Shown in pieces: positions 23,862 through 38,518 of a stretch of DNA of 64,000 nucleotides. Position 1 is the first letter of the stretch; each line of letters opens with the position of its first letter. The stretch is from Octopus bimaculoides. Its lineage: Eukaryota. The position numbers and the translations under genes are program-made. Below the pieces are notes generated by a model. The model was not told the origin of the DNA. It did not search any database and was given only the letters and a program-made list of their open reading frames with translations. The stretch spans positions 163,729,886-163,793,885 of the forward strand of contig NC_068982.1 of assembly GCF_001194135.2 (NCBI RefSeq), given 5' to 3'.

Positions 23862-26800
23862 AAAATGAAAAATAATAATAAGGCAGAATGCTAAACTGGA
23901 AGCATATTTTAATAAAGATTTCTCTAACCGGCTTTCATTGCGAAGCAAATTTTCAAGAAGAGGGAGAAAGAAAATGTTTTTTACAAAGAAGTACAAAATG
24001 AAGAAAATAATATATAAAAAAATAAATATACCAATACATTATATTGTCTTTGAGCTTTTGAAGTTCAATGGTAGTTCATGTATATAATGGTTGGAAAAAT
24101 AAGGATGCATGAGAATNNNNNNNNNNNNNNNNNNNNNNNNNNNNNNNNNNNNNNNNNNNNNNNNNNNNNNNNNNNNNNNNNNNNNNNNNNNNNNNNNNNN
24201 NNNNNNNNNNNNNNNNNNNNNNNNNNNNNNNNNNNNNNNNNNNNNNNNNNNNNNNNNNNNNNNNNNNNNNNNNNNNNNNNNNNNNNNNNNNNNNNNNNNN
24301 NNNNNNNNNNNNNNNNNNNNNNNNNNNNNNNNNNNNNNNNNNNNNNNNNNNNNNNNNNNNNNNNNNNNNNNNNNNNNNNNNNNNNNNNNNNNNNNNNNNN
24401 NNNNNNNNNNNNNNNNNNNNNNNNNNNNNNNNNNNNNNNNNNNNNNNNNNNNNNNNNNNNNNNNNNNNNNNNNNNNNNNNNNNNNNNNNNNNNNNNNNNN
24501 NNNNNNNNNNNNNNNNNNNNNNNNNNNNNNNNNNNNNNNNNNNNNNNNNNNNNNNNNNNNNNNNNNNNNNNNNNNNNNNNNNNNNNNNNNNNNNNNNNNN
24601 NNNNNNNNNNNNNNNNNNNNNNNNNNNNNNNNNNNNNNNNNNNNNNNNNNNNNNNNNNNNNNNNNNNNNNNNNNNNNNNNNNNNNNNNNNNNNNNNNNNN
24701 NNNNNNNNNNNNNNNNNNNNNNNNNNNNNNNNNNNNNNNNNNNNNNNNNNNNNNNNNNNNNNNNNNNNNNNNNNNNNNNNNNNNNNNNNNNNNNNNNNNN
24801 NNNNNNNNNATTTAGAATTCAATATTTTTCTTTGTTTTCAAAATCTCTTTAGTTTGAATCCCTTTTCTGCATTTTGTATAAGTTTTACTTTTGTGTTGAT
24901 ATTCCACAAACATATATAAAATAGTATAAAGAAACTAAAAAGAAAGTAAAATAAAAATATAAAATAAAAGTGTTATATTTCAATTTTTGTGTAAAAATAT
25001 AATATTTTCAGAAATGAATAAAATTACAAAATTTGAAAATAAAATCAATCAATGAATAAAATTTAACCTTTAAAAATTTGTTAAATATTAATGTCAGAAT
25101 TGATGAAAAATTTTTATAGCATTTTTATCTTGTAAATTCTTGGACCTTGATTTAAGCTTGCTTTTTTTGTGTGTGTTTTAAGTAAGGAATTAAGGATGAG
25201 TTTAAATAATATCTTTCAATATCTGTTGAAGTAGAATTTCTATGAAATTAGGGAGCTGAATCATAGCTGTGGTTAATTATTCCCACATTATTACAAAGGT
25301 CAACATTTTCATCTCTTTGTATAACAAATAGGCTCAATGCTAATCATTTAACAGCTGAGTAAAGAATAATTAGAAAAACAAAAAAAATTTGGAGATGCTT
25401 GCTGCATGAGAAAAATATAATAAAGTGGGTAGAGCATATTTAATGTACTGAACTAAGAAATTTAAAAGCATTAAAATTACATCAGAAGTGAAGAGGACAA
25501 AAATAATTATCTAATTCTGGTCAAGAAATCAAGGGAGATAACATTGAAATCAAATTGAATTAACTTTAAATTCAAATGAACCTGAACTTTGGTAGTATGG
25601 AGGATGACACCTGACAAGTTTTCATCTCACTAAATGTCATCTGTGAAGTTAATGATAGGAAAAAAAGATCAATCTGTAAAAGAAAAAAAAAAGTAAATGG
25701 CTTTAACAATTAGATAATCCTTTCCAAATTCCTAGCAGTTGCAATATCAGTACAGAAACTATAGTTTCTATTGCACTGAGGAGATAAGATAGAAATTCTT
25801 GATAATGTTGCCAGCGTATTGCAGATAGAGTTTTCCTATGGGAAGAGTTGAACTCAGCACTAGAAGCAAGCAATGTGCTTGTCAATTCCATAACACTTCC
25901 ATTGCTAACAGCATTGAGTTATACTATACACAGCACTTGTTTATTTTTATGAGGACTAAGTAATTGAGTGATCAAAGTTTTAGCCATAGTTATATTGGAG
26001 AAACAGTGAAGGATATCAACTGTTTAACATTGCCTACCCTTTGTCAGTTGTTAGTTGGCTTAGAGTCTTATCCATCTCTGGTTCTTACTAATCAAATGCA
26101 AACTAATTTTGAAATTAGTGAAAACTATTTCATCAAGACTAGCACAGAAAAAAAATTTAAAACTGTTAAAAACAGTATCAAAATAAAACAAGAAACAAAG
26201 TTTTTTAATTAGCTGACTAGAGATAAATAAAGCATTATTGTTATAGTGAGTTAATTGACATTTTGAACCAACAAGGGAGGTTGTATACATTAAATGTATC
26301 TGTCAAATATACCCGCCACCACCTACCAGTATTGTTTTATTATTGTTTATTTTCTTTGTAATATATATCATTTTGGTTCAGTTCATCTTTGTTGATAGCT
26401 GAACAAAACCCGAGCAATTGAACTCTCTTACATGTTGCCTGCAATCAGAACTACAATCAAAGTCACTGGTAGTGTAGACTGAGTTGATTAGTCTCTGATT
26501 TGAATTTCAATATTTTCAAGTCCATCTGGTAACTATTCCCAAAAGCTGGTTGTCTGAGAAAGTGAACCAATGTAGAATAAAGAATTCAGCTTAGAAATGC
26601 TAGAATTGGGATCGAACTTATGATCCATGCTCCACAAGTAGTTCAATAACTTATCCACTCAAGTACCACACTTTTATTGTAAGTAATATAAATATTTGGA
26701 TAAGGTATTCAACATATTGGGAAGCAGGCAAAAGTACTTTTGTGTATTATCCTGTTGAAGATTCTACTCTAACTCTAGATATCTATTTGCCATTTCCAAG

Positions 26801-27239
26801 CAATGTTATTTGATCAAATATTGTTAATCAAATACCATAGCTGTTATTCTTAAAATGGACGGAAGATTAATGTTCAGGATGCTTAATTCTCAAAGAATCA
26901 ACCATTTTTGATCTAATGTCAACCAGAAACATTATTTCAGTCGGAATAAGTTGTTTTTGGATGTTTAACAAGCTGATTTCTCTGAGAGCAAATCAAATAT
27001 GGCATTTTTCTTCAATCTAGCTGTGCATTCTTAATTCTTCTCTAACACAATAGAGCTTTGTCTATTGTTTGTTTCTATTATTGAAATTTAGTTTATTTTA
27101 GTGATTGAAACACAAATGGATTTTGAGTATTTCTTTTATCACATAACTTTTCATGATATACATGACTATAGTTGTTTTTATATTAGAATATAGTCCTTTT
27201 GATATATGATGGAGAATTCAAATTGTAAACAATCATTGA

Positions 27240-27401
27240 GACTAAGTAATAACAATGAAAATGGGAGCAATGAAGGTGACAATGATAATTATGATAAAGA
27301 TGATAATGATGATGAGGGGGAGGAAAAGGATGATGATGATGATGATAATGATGATGACAACAATGATGATGATGATGATTGTGGTGGTGACTGTATTGGC
27401 T

Positions 27402-27440
<39 letters not shown>

Positions 27441-27500
27441 ATGATGATGATTATGATGATGACAGCGACACTGTTAAGAGTGACAATGGTGATAATGACT
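27240..27500. repeat. (GAT)n trinucleotide microsatellite
   Basis: Direct; it produces the spurious poly-D/M/I ORFs. Similar tracts at 28760-28830, 30740-30920, 38900-38980, 48590-48690 and 53590-53890. Confidence 0.95.
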
Positions 27501-27774
27501 ATAACAAATAATAGCAACAATGTTATTGCTATTATTTTGATGGTAATAAAAAATAATGATATTTTTAAACAACAAAAACAGCAACAATATTAATGACATC
27601 ACAAACAAAAAACAACAATAAGCGTAAAAGATGTATAATGATGGTACTGATGATTTCTTTATTTGCTATAAAAGAATAATGGAATAATAATAACGTGATA
27701 ATGCTGCTGCTGCTACTACTACTACTACTACTACTATAACTACTACTACTACTACTACTACTACCATTACTACT

Positions 27775-27827
<53 letters not shown>

Positions 27828-28109
27828 GAAAATGATATAATAATAATAAAGATAATAATAATAATATAAAGATAATAATAATAATATAAAGATAATAATA
27901 ATAGTAACAACAACATCAATAACAATGTCTATATAAATAATGATTATTATTATCATTATTATAGTAACCATAAGGGTAATAAGTATGTAAAAGTGAAATA
28001 ATATATATGGAACTTTGGTAATAAAAATTGAAGAAATTTTTGAAGATTCTATTTCAAGTGGTTGGATATTGTTTAGTTATAAAATATTTTATCATTGGTG
28101 CAGTGTGTT

Positions 28110-28186
28110 GGTATGGGGTATGGGATATGGGGTATGGGGTATGGAGTATGGGGTATGGGGTATGGAGTATGGGGTATGGGGTATGA
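28110..28186. repeat. (GGGGTAT)n 7-bp G-rich minisatellite
   Basis: About 10 units of ggggtat/ggagtat. Confidence 0.9.
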
Positions 28187-28797
28187 TAGAGTGGGATGTG
28201 ATGGGGTGTGGTTTTATGTGATGCTGGGAATTTGATGAGATTCGATCTATTATCAGTTTACTGAAGGGAGAAGACAATGAGAGAGTGATACAGAGGAAAA
28301 GAGCAAGAGTGAGGAAGTGAAAGAAAGGAAATGTGGAGAAAGAGAGTGAAAGGAAGGAAAACAAGATATATAGAAATGGTAAATAGCTTCCTATTGCTAA
28401 TAGTTTCCGTTATTCATCTGTGTTTCATTCAAAGACATATTTTCATGGTAATTCTGACAATCTTAAAGACTATAGCCATGCCACTTGTGAACAGAATAAA
28501 ACATCTAATTGCTAATGAGGAATAGAATAAAACCCCAAAGTTTTGCACAACAAACAAAATGTTAACTAGTGAATCAGTATAACAATTAGATGCTGTATCT
28601 AGCAAATGATATAAAAGAATAAAATGCTTTGCCAATAATGGCGATTTTATTGATTCTCTTTCATGTCTTCTGAAGGCTGCTTGACAAGCATTTCTTAGAC
28701 TATTCAGCAGTTATCAATATGGTTTTCTGAGATTACTCTATTATTATTATTATTAGTATTATTATTGTCATCATCGTCGTCGTCATCATCATCATCG

Positions 28798-28829
<32 letters not shown>

Positions 28830-30156
28830 TCATTATTGTGAATTTATAATTTTTCCTCACTTCTTATATCAGTTACAGCTATTCAGTGAACACAGTAAGC
28901 TACCATACGCTGAGTTTTCCAAAATTGTGAAGTTGTTTTTATTTAATGAATCATTATTGAGATAGCAACAATGGTGGATATACAATCAAACTAAACTACA
29001 TACCAGTATTTATTTTGCTTGTTTAAATTTTGAGTTCAAATTTTCAACAAGATCAAGTTTGCTTGTCTTCCTTCCATTCATGAAACAAATGTTAATACTG
29101 TTCTGGTCCATTTAATACCCACAACCTGTTCTTTATATAATTTGTTATTCTATGTTATCTAAAGATATAATTATTACTTTATTATTGGAAATTAATAGAT
29201 CTTTTTTTTTAATCTTATATCAATTATAGATATTTTCCAATGTCAGTAAGCTATACAATACAGTGTGTTTGAAATTGAGAAGTTGCTCTCATTTTTAAAT
29301 GAATTACTGGCATAGCTGTGTGGATAAGAAGCTTACTTCACAGCTATATGGACTCATCAAAGGAGAGCTTGTCAAGGGAGACAACGAGCAAGTGAATGCG
29401 TATGCATGTGTGAGGTTGTGTGTGTATAGTGTATATATGTGTATGTGTGTGTGTGATAGGAAGAGGAAGCAGAAGAGTAGGTGTTTATGAGGGCATAGGG
29501 GAAATAGTGTTACTAAAGGGAGGCTATGTGGATGTTCAAACCAGTAGGATGAGAAAATTGTAGATAGAAACTGATATGCTGTGAACAACCTTGGGATTGT
29601 TGAACCAGGATGTAGACTGATGATACTACAAACAAAGTGATGATGTCAACTATGTTCAAGAGACTTGAAATTCTGTGTTAAGGTCAAAATGGCACTTTTC
29701 CTGTGATTTGCCAATAAAAGGCCATTCAACTATAAAATACTCTTACTCCATCCTGTACAAATAAAATTACAAATACAAGAAAAACTCAAAAATCCACTGG
29801 CATTTCTATCATACTATTCATGTTCTCACATGTCAAACCAAATATTGATAACCCTGAAATCGATCCTTTGAAGCAATGAATGAACTAAGCAATTCAGAGC
29901 TTAATTGTGATGTAGCTAATATGCAAGAAAAGAGGATAAAAGTATAGAAACAAAAGCAACTTATTTAAAATTAAAAATAAGTGCATTGGCAGAGTATGAG
30001 TGTTACAAAACATAGTTGTTTTGTCTAGTTTCTTTTGTGTTATTTATCAAGAGAAAACACAGTACACTTGATGTTCCAAATTGCAGATGTTAAGGTTATA
30101 GATAGAATGCTTGAGTACTATAGATCTGGAAGGATGATTGGGGCAATGGTTTAGAC

Positions 30157-30490
30157 CAGGAGTTTTCAACCATTTTTTTTGTCTATGGACCTCTTTGATT
30201 ACTATCTTATTCTGGGTGGACTCCCATATCCATTTGATGTTTAAAAACTAGTTTTAAAGAAACTTCTTTCAAAATTCCTAATTTGTTTTTCAAACATTAA
30301 CTTGTGTAGGTTGAACTATGTAAAATGTTAGAGAAAGAAACCTAGCTGTTTCTTGCAATATATTACCAATGCATACATCTAAAGCAAATCTTTTTTAGGG
30401 GCCAACGACAATTTATTATTTTCTTGCATAAATCCCTAGAAATCTTATATAGACCCTCAGAGGCCTTAAGGCCCTGGTTGAGAACCATTG
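30157..30490. mobile_element. hAT-type MITE with 8-bp TSD
   Basis: TIRs CAGGAGTTTTCAACC ... GGTTGAGAACCATTG flanked by GTTTAGAC (30149-30156) and GTTTAGAG (30491-30498). Confidence 0.8.
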
Positions 30491-32046
30491 GTTTAGAGCA
30501 TAGTTTGGTTGTAGAGGAGGGGGAACAGAAAAGGGTAGAAAGAGAAGCCAAAACTAAGGTTAGGCAGATGTGAGAGGATGTTTGCTTGTTCAGAGCTAAA
30601 GTAATTGTGTTAGTTGTAGAAGTGGTAGAGAGGAAAAACAATATCCTTGTGAGGTAGCAGTTAATATTAGGGTGTTATTGAGTGAATCATTGCCTATTGG
30701 TTAGGTACCATTTTCTATCTGGATGAAGCCAATAGATGATGACATGCATGCATTGTTGTCGTTGTTGATGTCGTCATCATCATCGTTGTCATTGTTGTTG
30801 TCGTCGTTGCCATCGTCGTCGTCGTTGTTGTCGTTGTCATCATCATCATTGTCATCGTCGTCGTCGTCATCGCCATCCTCCTCCTCCTCCTCCTCTTCCT
30901 CCTGCTCCACCTCCTCCTCCAAAAACAGTACTTCAATGTGAATATGCTGTTTAGCTGCAGATCAACTCTGATCAAACAAGCCTATAATCAAAAACATTCC
31001 AACCATGATCATCCTGCATATTTAAGGAAATGTCTAGGACTACATTATTCAATGAGTCCTTTCATTATTTAAGAAGGAAGGATGCAATTTAAGAGGGATT
31101 TGACTCACAATGGCTCAAATGTTGATATACATTTGAACAGGATATATTTTCTAAAGCTCTCAATTTAGGTAAAATGTAAGGGCTACATTTTAAGACTACT
31201 CTAGATGATTATGAGTATGCAAGAACACAAACCTGAGAAATTCATAAAAAAGTATGAATGATGTAAATAAATAGCTTAGTCTTGACTACTCAAATATTGA
31301 GTTTTATATATGCAAATATATGTATACACACTCACCCACATACATATATGTATACATTTACACACATATATGTATACATCCCATCCATACACACATGCAT
31401 ATGCATATATATATATATACACATGTACAATAGCCCTTCACACAGCTTCCATCTACCAAATTTCACTCACAAAGCTTTGGCCAAACTGAGGGATTGGTAG
31501 AAGATGCAGGGCAGTAAATTTGAACCTTGAACCACTTAGCTGTGAAGCAAATTTCTCAACCATAACCATAAAAATAAGCAAAAATTTATTTCTAATTAAA
31601 TGTTTCTTAATTGCTTGTGAAGAAAGATTTGAAAAGATGGGAATAATAATAATATGTAACTCATATTTGAAATGGGGTCTACACCATACATTCACATAAA
31701 ATCAACCAATGTGGAAACGCCAATGAGATCTCCTTTCCTGCTAGAAAGAACAACTAAATCTTTCTCATATCATTCTCTACCACCTTAAATAAGGTTTTCA
31801 TTCTTCCATTCATTTTTACATCGTTTTCCTTTTCATGTTTGCATGGGCCAGATGAATAGATTATTGGGGCATTATTATTCAGTTAGATACCCTTCCTGTC
31901 ACTAATTCTTACCTGTTCTTTTTTTTAAGTAAAAGTTCTCTTATACAATATGTCTTCAGAGATGCAAAGCCAGTGGATGATTTATTGAAAGAGGAAATGT
32001 CAATAATGTCACTATTTATAACCTGCTGATTTTCAGAGAAGGGCAA

Positions 32047-32152
<106 letters not shown>

Positions 32153-32591
32153 TGATAATATAATATATAATATATTACAATTTATGTACGTATGCCATTA
32201 TTCAGTTTTATTTCAAGATTTCTTGCCAATAAAGAAAGAGCTAGTTTGCAACCTAGATCCAAGGTTCCTTCATTGGAATTTCAACATCAACAGGGTATTT
32301 TTGTATGTGTGTATGTATGTGATTGTACAGATTCACATGTTTTGTTTTATGTATGTATTCTCATGCATATAGCTGCATACCTAGACATGCTCATGTATAC
32401 TTAAATGATAAACTTCTGGAAAGTTTTACAAATTTTTACAGTTCTAGTGATGCATTCGATCTGTAGTCTTCAAATCAGCTTTCTCCTTTCTAGTTTTGTG
32501 AAGCTTAATTTCCCAAGATTAGTGTTTAGGCAGTGTATTGAATATCATCATCATCATCATTTAATGTCTGTTTTCCATATTGGCATGGGCT

Positions 32592-32640
<49 letters not shown>

Positions 32641-35600
32641 NNNNNNNNNNNNNNNNNNNNNNNNNNNNNNNNNNNNNNNNNNNNNNNNNNNNNNNNNNNN
32701 NNNNNNNNNNNNNNNNNNNNNNNNNNNNNNNNNNNNNNNNNNNNNNNNNNNNNNNNNNNNNNNNNNNNNNNNNNNNNNNNNNNNNNNNNNNNNNNNNNNN
32801 NNNNNNNNNNNNNNNNNNNNNNNNNNNNNNNNNNNNNNNNNNNNNNNNNNNNNNNNNNNNNNNNNNNNNNNNNNNNNNNNNNNNNNNNNNNNNNNNNNNN
32901 NNNNNNNNNNNNNNNNNNNNNNNNNNNNNNNNNNNNNNNNNNNNNNNNNNNNNNNNNNNNNNNNNNNNNNNNNNNNNNNNNNNNNNNNNNNNNNNNNNNN
33001 NNNNNNNNNNNNNNNNNNNNNNNNNNNNNNNNNNNNNNNNNNNNNNNNNNNNNNNNNNNNNNNNNNNNNNNNNNNNNNNNNNNNNNNNNNNNNNNNNNNN
33101 NNNNNNNNNNNNNNNNNNNNNNNNNNNNNNNNNNNNNNNNNNNNNNNNNNTATATATGTATATATATATATGTATACATATATATATATACATATATATA
33201 TACATATGCATATATGATGGACTTTCAGTTTTCATTGCCAAATTCACTCACAAGGCTTTGATTAGTCTGAGGCAAAAGAAGATACTTGTACCAAGGGGAT
33301 GCACAGTGGGACTGAAAGCATGTAGTTGGGAAGCAAACATTTTAATCACACAACCATGTCTAGAGTATGCATTATCTGAAAGTGGATAGAACAGTTATGG
33401 TTGGAATCCCCTGAAGCATAAGGTAGAATCAGTCAGAGTTAATCTTGGGTCAAACATCAACAAAAGCAATGCATTGATATTGAATATCAATATGTTCAAC
33501 AATGTAGTCCTGGATATACACTGCTGAAACGTCTTTGATCTTAAGTCTTCTTGATTAGGTTCACCTGCGGCTAAACAATAACAACTTTAACATGAAAGGA
33601 AGACAAAGTTGAAACATATCTAGCATGCTGAACCAATTGATTATTTATACTATTGGATCTAGTATATACTGACACCCATGGGTCACTCACAAGAGATCAA
33701 TAAATAATCATCATATCATACTTCTTATTACAAAATTACATATATTTTCCTTTTGTTACTTCAATCTGTTTTTTCCTGTTATCATAGCTCACATAGATGT
33801 TTTTTGCTGTTGTAAGAGCAATTGTTTTGACATCTAAATGCACTTTCCCCTCTTGATCATTTAACTGCATCAGTCAAGCAACCTGAAGCAAAAATTATAT
33901 TTTCCTTACTCAGGGGATATAGCAAAATGGTTGCACTGTAGTTTGAACTCATGACCATATAATCAATAGTACACTGTTTTAACCCCATGGTTATTGTATC
34001 TGCTGTTTAGTATGTAAAATTCAATAGTATTAAGAAGATAAGAGATAGGATGAATATTCCTCCCCTATGGTAAATAGAATTTCTCAGATCTCGTAGCTAT
34101 TCCCAAGAGAATAGAGAATAAATAAACAGAAAATTGAGGCATGAAGAAGTAAGTCATCTGTCTTGAGACACAACAGAGCATTATCAGTATAGTTTAAATT
34201 CATAATTTAAGTCTGAAAGTCTGATACCTTCTTCATTAAATCTATCACAATAGAGTTAATTAAGCTAGCAGACACCTCTTACTTGCTATGTAACTGTCAT
34301 ACTCTAGTAAAAAGAAAACAACAACCCTAGTTAGTTTTTATTTCTTTCTATTTTGTAGGTGGCAAAATGGCAGAGTCATTAGAGTTTCAGACAATATGCT
34401 TTGTATTATTTATTATATCTTCTTGTGTTTTGAATTCAGTTCCTGTTGTAGTCAATCTTGGTTTTCATTCTTCCTGCTCGATATATAAAGTACTAATTTA
34501 GATGGTGGACTGGCAGAATTGTTGGAGCATCAGGCATGATGCTTTGTGGCATTTGTTCTGGTTCTTTGTGTTTTGAGTTCAAATTCTACCACTGGTTTAC
34601 TTGTGTGGTACACTTAATCTACTGCCTGGTTTAACACCACTGCCCTGTCCTTCCATTATTTTAGCTGAGTTCAGTCTGTTATCAGCATTCAAGACGGATC
34701 TCTTGTTTGGGGATATCTTCCCTCCTCCTTCCCATTTGTCTTGGAGTCCTTGTAAAGGGTCAAGTGATTAAAAAAAAAAATGAACAATCACAAGAAGAGC
34801 AGTGACTATTGCATTTGCAAACTGCTGACACTGATGCAACTAATTACCAACCTAAGCACTTATTGGTGAATGTCTGCAGGAAAATATTGTCAGACAGGAA
34901 CTATAGGTCTAAATGTATGCTAAAACACCCTTGGGCGATGTGTTAAGTGACATATGACATATTAGATCTATCACCCAACAGTGTCTAACTGTAGTTACAA
35001 GAAGGCTTGGTGTGAGAAATTAATAGAATATATTACAGGGAATATGATATCAGCGAATTGAAAGACATAGTCTCTGACAACGTGATGGTGTTAATAGCAG
35101 TTTTATGATGTTACCAATAGTAAAACGTGTCTCTTTACTTGGAGAGACTTTCTCTTACTGTCTTGTTTATGTCTTCTATAATTTTTGTTCTTTTATTTCA
35201 AGCTAACCATTATTGTAAGATCAGTTGATTACACTGAAGAATTATATCTCTGTAGGAAGATAATAAAAGGAAAATAATCAGGAACTAACTAATGACTCCA
35301 AGAGAATTTAATTTCCTGCACAGTGGCCAACAGAGCCAGAGAATATGGCTAAATGGTGTTGTGGTTTTCCGAGTTATAGCAAGGTAAAACTTAATGTTGC
35401 TCGTGATGTGAGCAACATGTGTTTTGATTCACAAGTGAAAAGAAAGGGTGAGGGAGAAGGAGAGAGAGAAGGCAGGAGGGGGAGAGAGAGGAGAGGAGAG
35501 TAAGAGAAGTAGAAGGGCAATATGGAAGAGTAAGATGGTAAGAAAAATAGATTGAATGAATGAGTGAAAGAAGTGAAGACAGAAAGAGAAAATGACAGAC

Positions 35601-35657
35601 ATTAAGAGAGACAAAGATGAGAATGATAGACAGAAAGAATGAGAGGAAAAGGGGTAG

Positions 35658-35719
<62 letters not shown>

Positions 35720-35900
35720 NNNNNNNNNNNNNNNNNNNNNNNNNNNNNNNNNNNNNNNNNNNNNNNNNNNNNNNNNNNNNNNNNNNNNNNNNNNNNNNNN
35801 NNNNNNNNNNNNNNNNNNNNNNNNNNNNNNNNNNNNNNNNNNNNNNNNNNNNNNNNNNNNNNNNNNNNNNNNNNNNNNNNNNNNNNNNNNNNNNNNNNNN

Positions 35901-35951
<51 letters not shown>

Positions 35952-37029
35952 CTAAAAAAAGTATACAGGGAGTAAAGGAAATAAAGAGAAAAAAATAAGT
36001 GAATAAATAAGAAGTGAATGAGAAATAAAAGAGCATATTACAAAAAAATATAGCTGGAAAGAAGGATAAAGAATGAAGAAGAGTTGAAGAGGGTAAAAAA
36101 TAGGAAAAGAAATAAAAAGAAAGACATGTACACATATATATACATACATACAAGCAAACACACACATACACACACATATATATATATATATGTGTGTATA
36201 CACAATATATATGTAAGAGAGAGAGAGAGAGAGAGAAAGAAAGAGAGGAGCTGAAAAAAGCAGAGTAAGACAGAGTAAATTACAATAAAACAAAGAGTAT
36301 AGAAGCAAAATAACCGTGTAGAAAATGTATTGACTATATTATCACAAGCCTTGCATTCAGATCTATCTACACATGCAGATTTATGTGTTGCATCATATTA
36401 GATGCATATTGGCCACTGAAAAAAAAAACACACATGCAATGTTTATTAGTTGTTTATTTTTATTAATTTTTTTGTAGTAGATGACTCAGAACACAGATTT
36501 CTCCTCATGGGTATGCAGATATATCTTGTATTGTGAATTCGACATTAACAAACTTGTCACTGATGCTCTACTTTACTAATATTTTATATAAAGTGGCTGA
36601 GATTATAACAGAATATCTGTGACAAATTCATAATAGTAAGTTATGTATATTTTCTACATATTTTTCCATCTACTTTACATCCTCTTTTCCATACTGGAGT
36701 GATTTGCATATGACTTTTTAAGGCAATATCTTATGGCTGAATACCCTTCTTGACACCAATCCTATTTATCACCTCTTAGCTACTATTGCTTCCAGATCCA
36801 CACTGACCCAGAGTAATAGCAACTGTCAGGATCTCAGTAAAGGGCTAATTAGCATATATAATGAGAGTCTATCAGAGCGTGAAGATGTAGAAATAACCTT
36901 GGTTGGTGTCAGAGTGCACAGTAAAACAACTGAGTGTTATTTATTTCAGCAACCTTCTAGGAGAGGGACACTATGATGTCTGTCTTGTTGTCAGAATATA
37001 AATTATTTGGTAGATTTATGTGATATCTT

Positions 37030-37410
37030 TTATCTTTTACTTGTTTCAGTCACGGCCATGCTGGGGCACTGCCTTGAAGAATTTTTAATTGAATGAATTG
37101 ACCTCAGTATTTCTTTTTTAAAGTCTGGTACTTCTACTATTGATCTCTTTTGTGAACCGCTAAGTTACAGGGACATAAACATACCAACACCAGATGTGAA
37201 GCAGTGGTGAAAGACAAACAAACAAACACACACACACACATGCACATCGGGCTTCTTCCAGTTTCCACCTACCAAATTCACTCACAAAGCTTTGGTTGGC
37301 CTGAGGCTGTAGTAGAAGACACTTGCCCAAGGTGCCAAGCAGTGGGACTGAACCTGGAACCATGTGGTTGGGAAACAAGATTATTACAACACAGCCACAC
37401 CTGTGCCTAC
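37030..37410 (-). mobile_element. Bipartite SINE, family A
   Basis: Reverse complement of the full structure; colinear with 57990-58434. Confidence 0.85.
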
Positions 37411-37625
37411 ATCTATACAATTTATTACTTAATTTGTTTCATGTTTTGGATGTTTTATTCAGTATTTGAAACTTGATTGTTATATTTATAAGTCCCAGGT
37501 TTGTGAGTGATTATTTGAACATTTTGCTGTTATTATAAGTAATGCTTCTCCATTGTCTTTTTGTGTGGGGAATTTTATAAAGCATGGATGTGTTAGCCAC
37601 TAGCACCTATCTACTTATTTATGCA

Positions 37626-38518
37626 TGAGGTAGTATCAAAATATTCCTGGACTTGTTCTGTTCTGTAGCTTACCAGCAGTTGACAACACATGGTTGCGTG
37701 TGCACTTAGAGCTATTAGTGACCTTCATGAAGCAGTGTGCTGAGTGATATCACTGTGTTTACTTCACAAGTTGTGAATTTGTGTTTTTCTGATCACGTGT
37801 ATGATGTAGTCTGTGATCTTTGTCATGGACAGGAAGTTTGAATATATAGCCAAAGTGAAATTTTGCATTAAACTTTGGAAGTCTACTACAGAGACATTGA
37901 GCATTCTTTGGCAAGCTCATGGTGATGAAACAATGGGTTGTACACAATATTTTGAGCGGCATCAGCACATCAAAAGCAGAAGAATGTTCCTGGAAGACAA
38001 CGAGCAATCTGGAAGACCTGCCACAAGCACCACCCACAGAAATGTGGAGAAAATTCATCAATTTGTGCATGAAAATCGCTGGAGGACAATTGATGACATT
38101 GCTGATGTTGGCTTGTCGTATGGGTTAGTACATGCAATTCTAATGACTGAACTGAACATGTGGTGTCACTGTGCTCTCCTCACTCGTGAGTTTCTCACCA
38201 AAAACAACATGGCATTTCTTCTGCATCCACCCTGCTCACCAGATTTAGCATCTGCAGATTTCCATCTCTTCCCCAAGATGAAAATGTGGCTCAAAGGTTA
38301 CTGTTTTAACACTATTGTTGAGATACAGAGTGAATTACAAAAGCTCTTTGACACTCATATGGAAAACAACTTCCAGGCCGAATTCCAAAAGTGGTAGGAA
38401 CACCGAGACCAGTGTTTTGCTGCACAAGGTGACTATTTCAAAGGTGATAATGTTAAAACTTAAGTAAATAGGTTACTTTTTTTATTAAATGTACTGGGAA
38501 GTTTTTGATATCACCTCA
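37626..38518 (+). mobile_element. Mariner transposon, internally deleted transposase pseudogene
   Basis: TIRs tgaggtagtatcaaaatattcctggac / gtactgggaagtttttgatatcacctca(TA). ORF 37813-38397 has the HTH region (AKVKFCIKLWKSTTET...SGRPATS) joined directly to CALLTREFL..HPPCSPDLASADFHLFPKMK, lacking the first two catalytic Asp regions. Confidence 0.92.

Noticed and set aside
25754-25769. 16-bp palindrome agaaactatagtttct
   Set aside because: Short and AT-rich; not clearly above chance in 64 kb.
25703-26212. Protein-like ORFs including a 'SYIGET' GIY-YIG-like word
   Set aside because: The upstream GIY-type motif and downstream R..EH are missing; a single short word is expected by chance.
27206-27593. 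Acidic poly-Asp / poly-Met ORFs
   Set aside because: Translation of a (GAT)n microsatellite.
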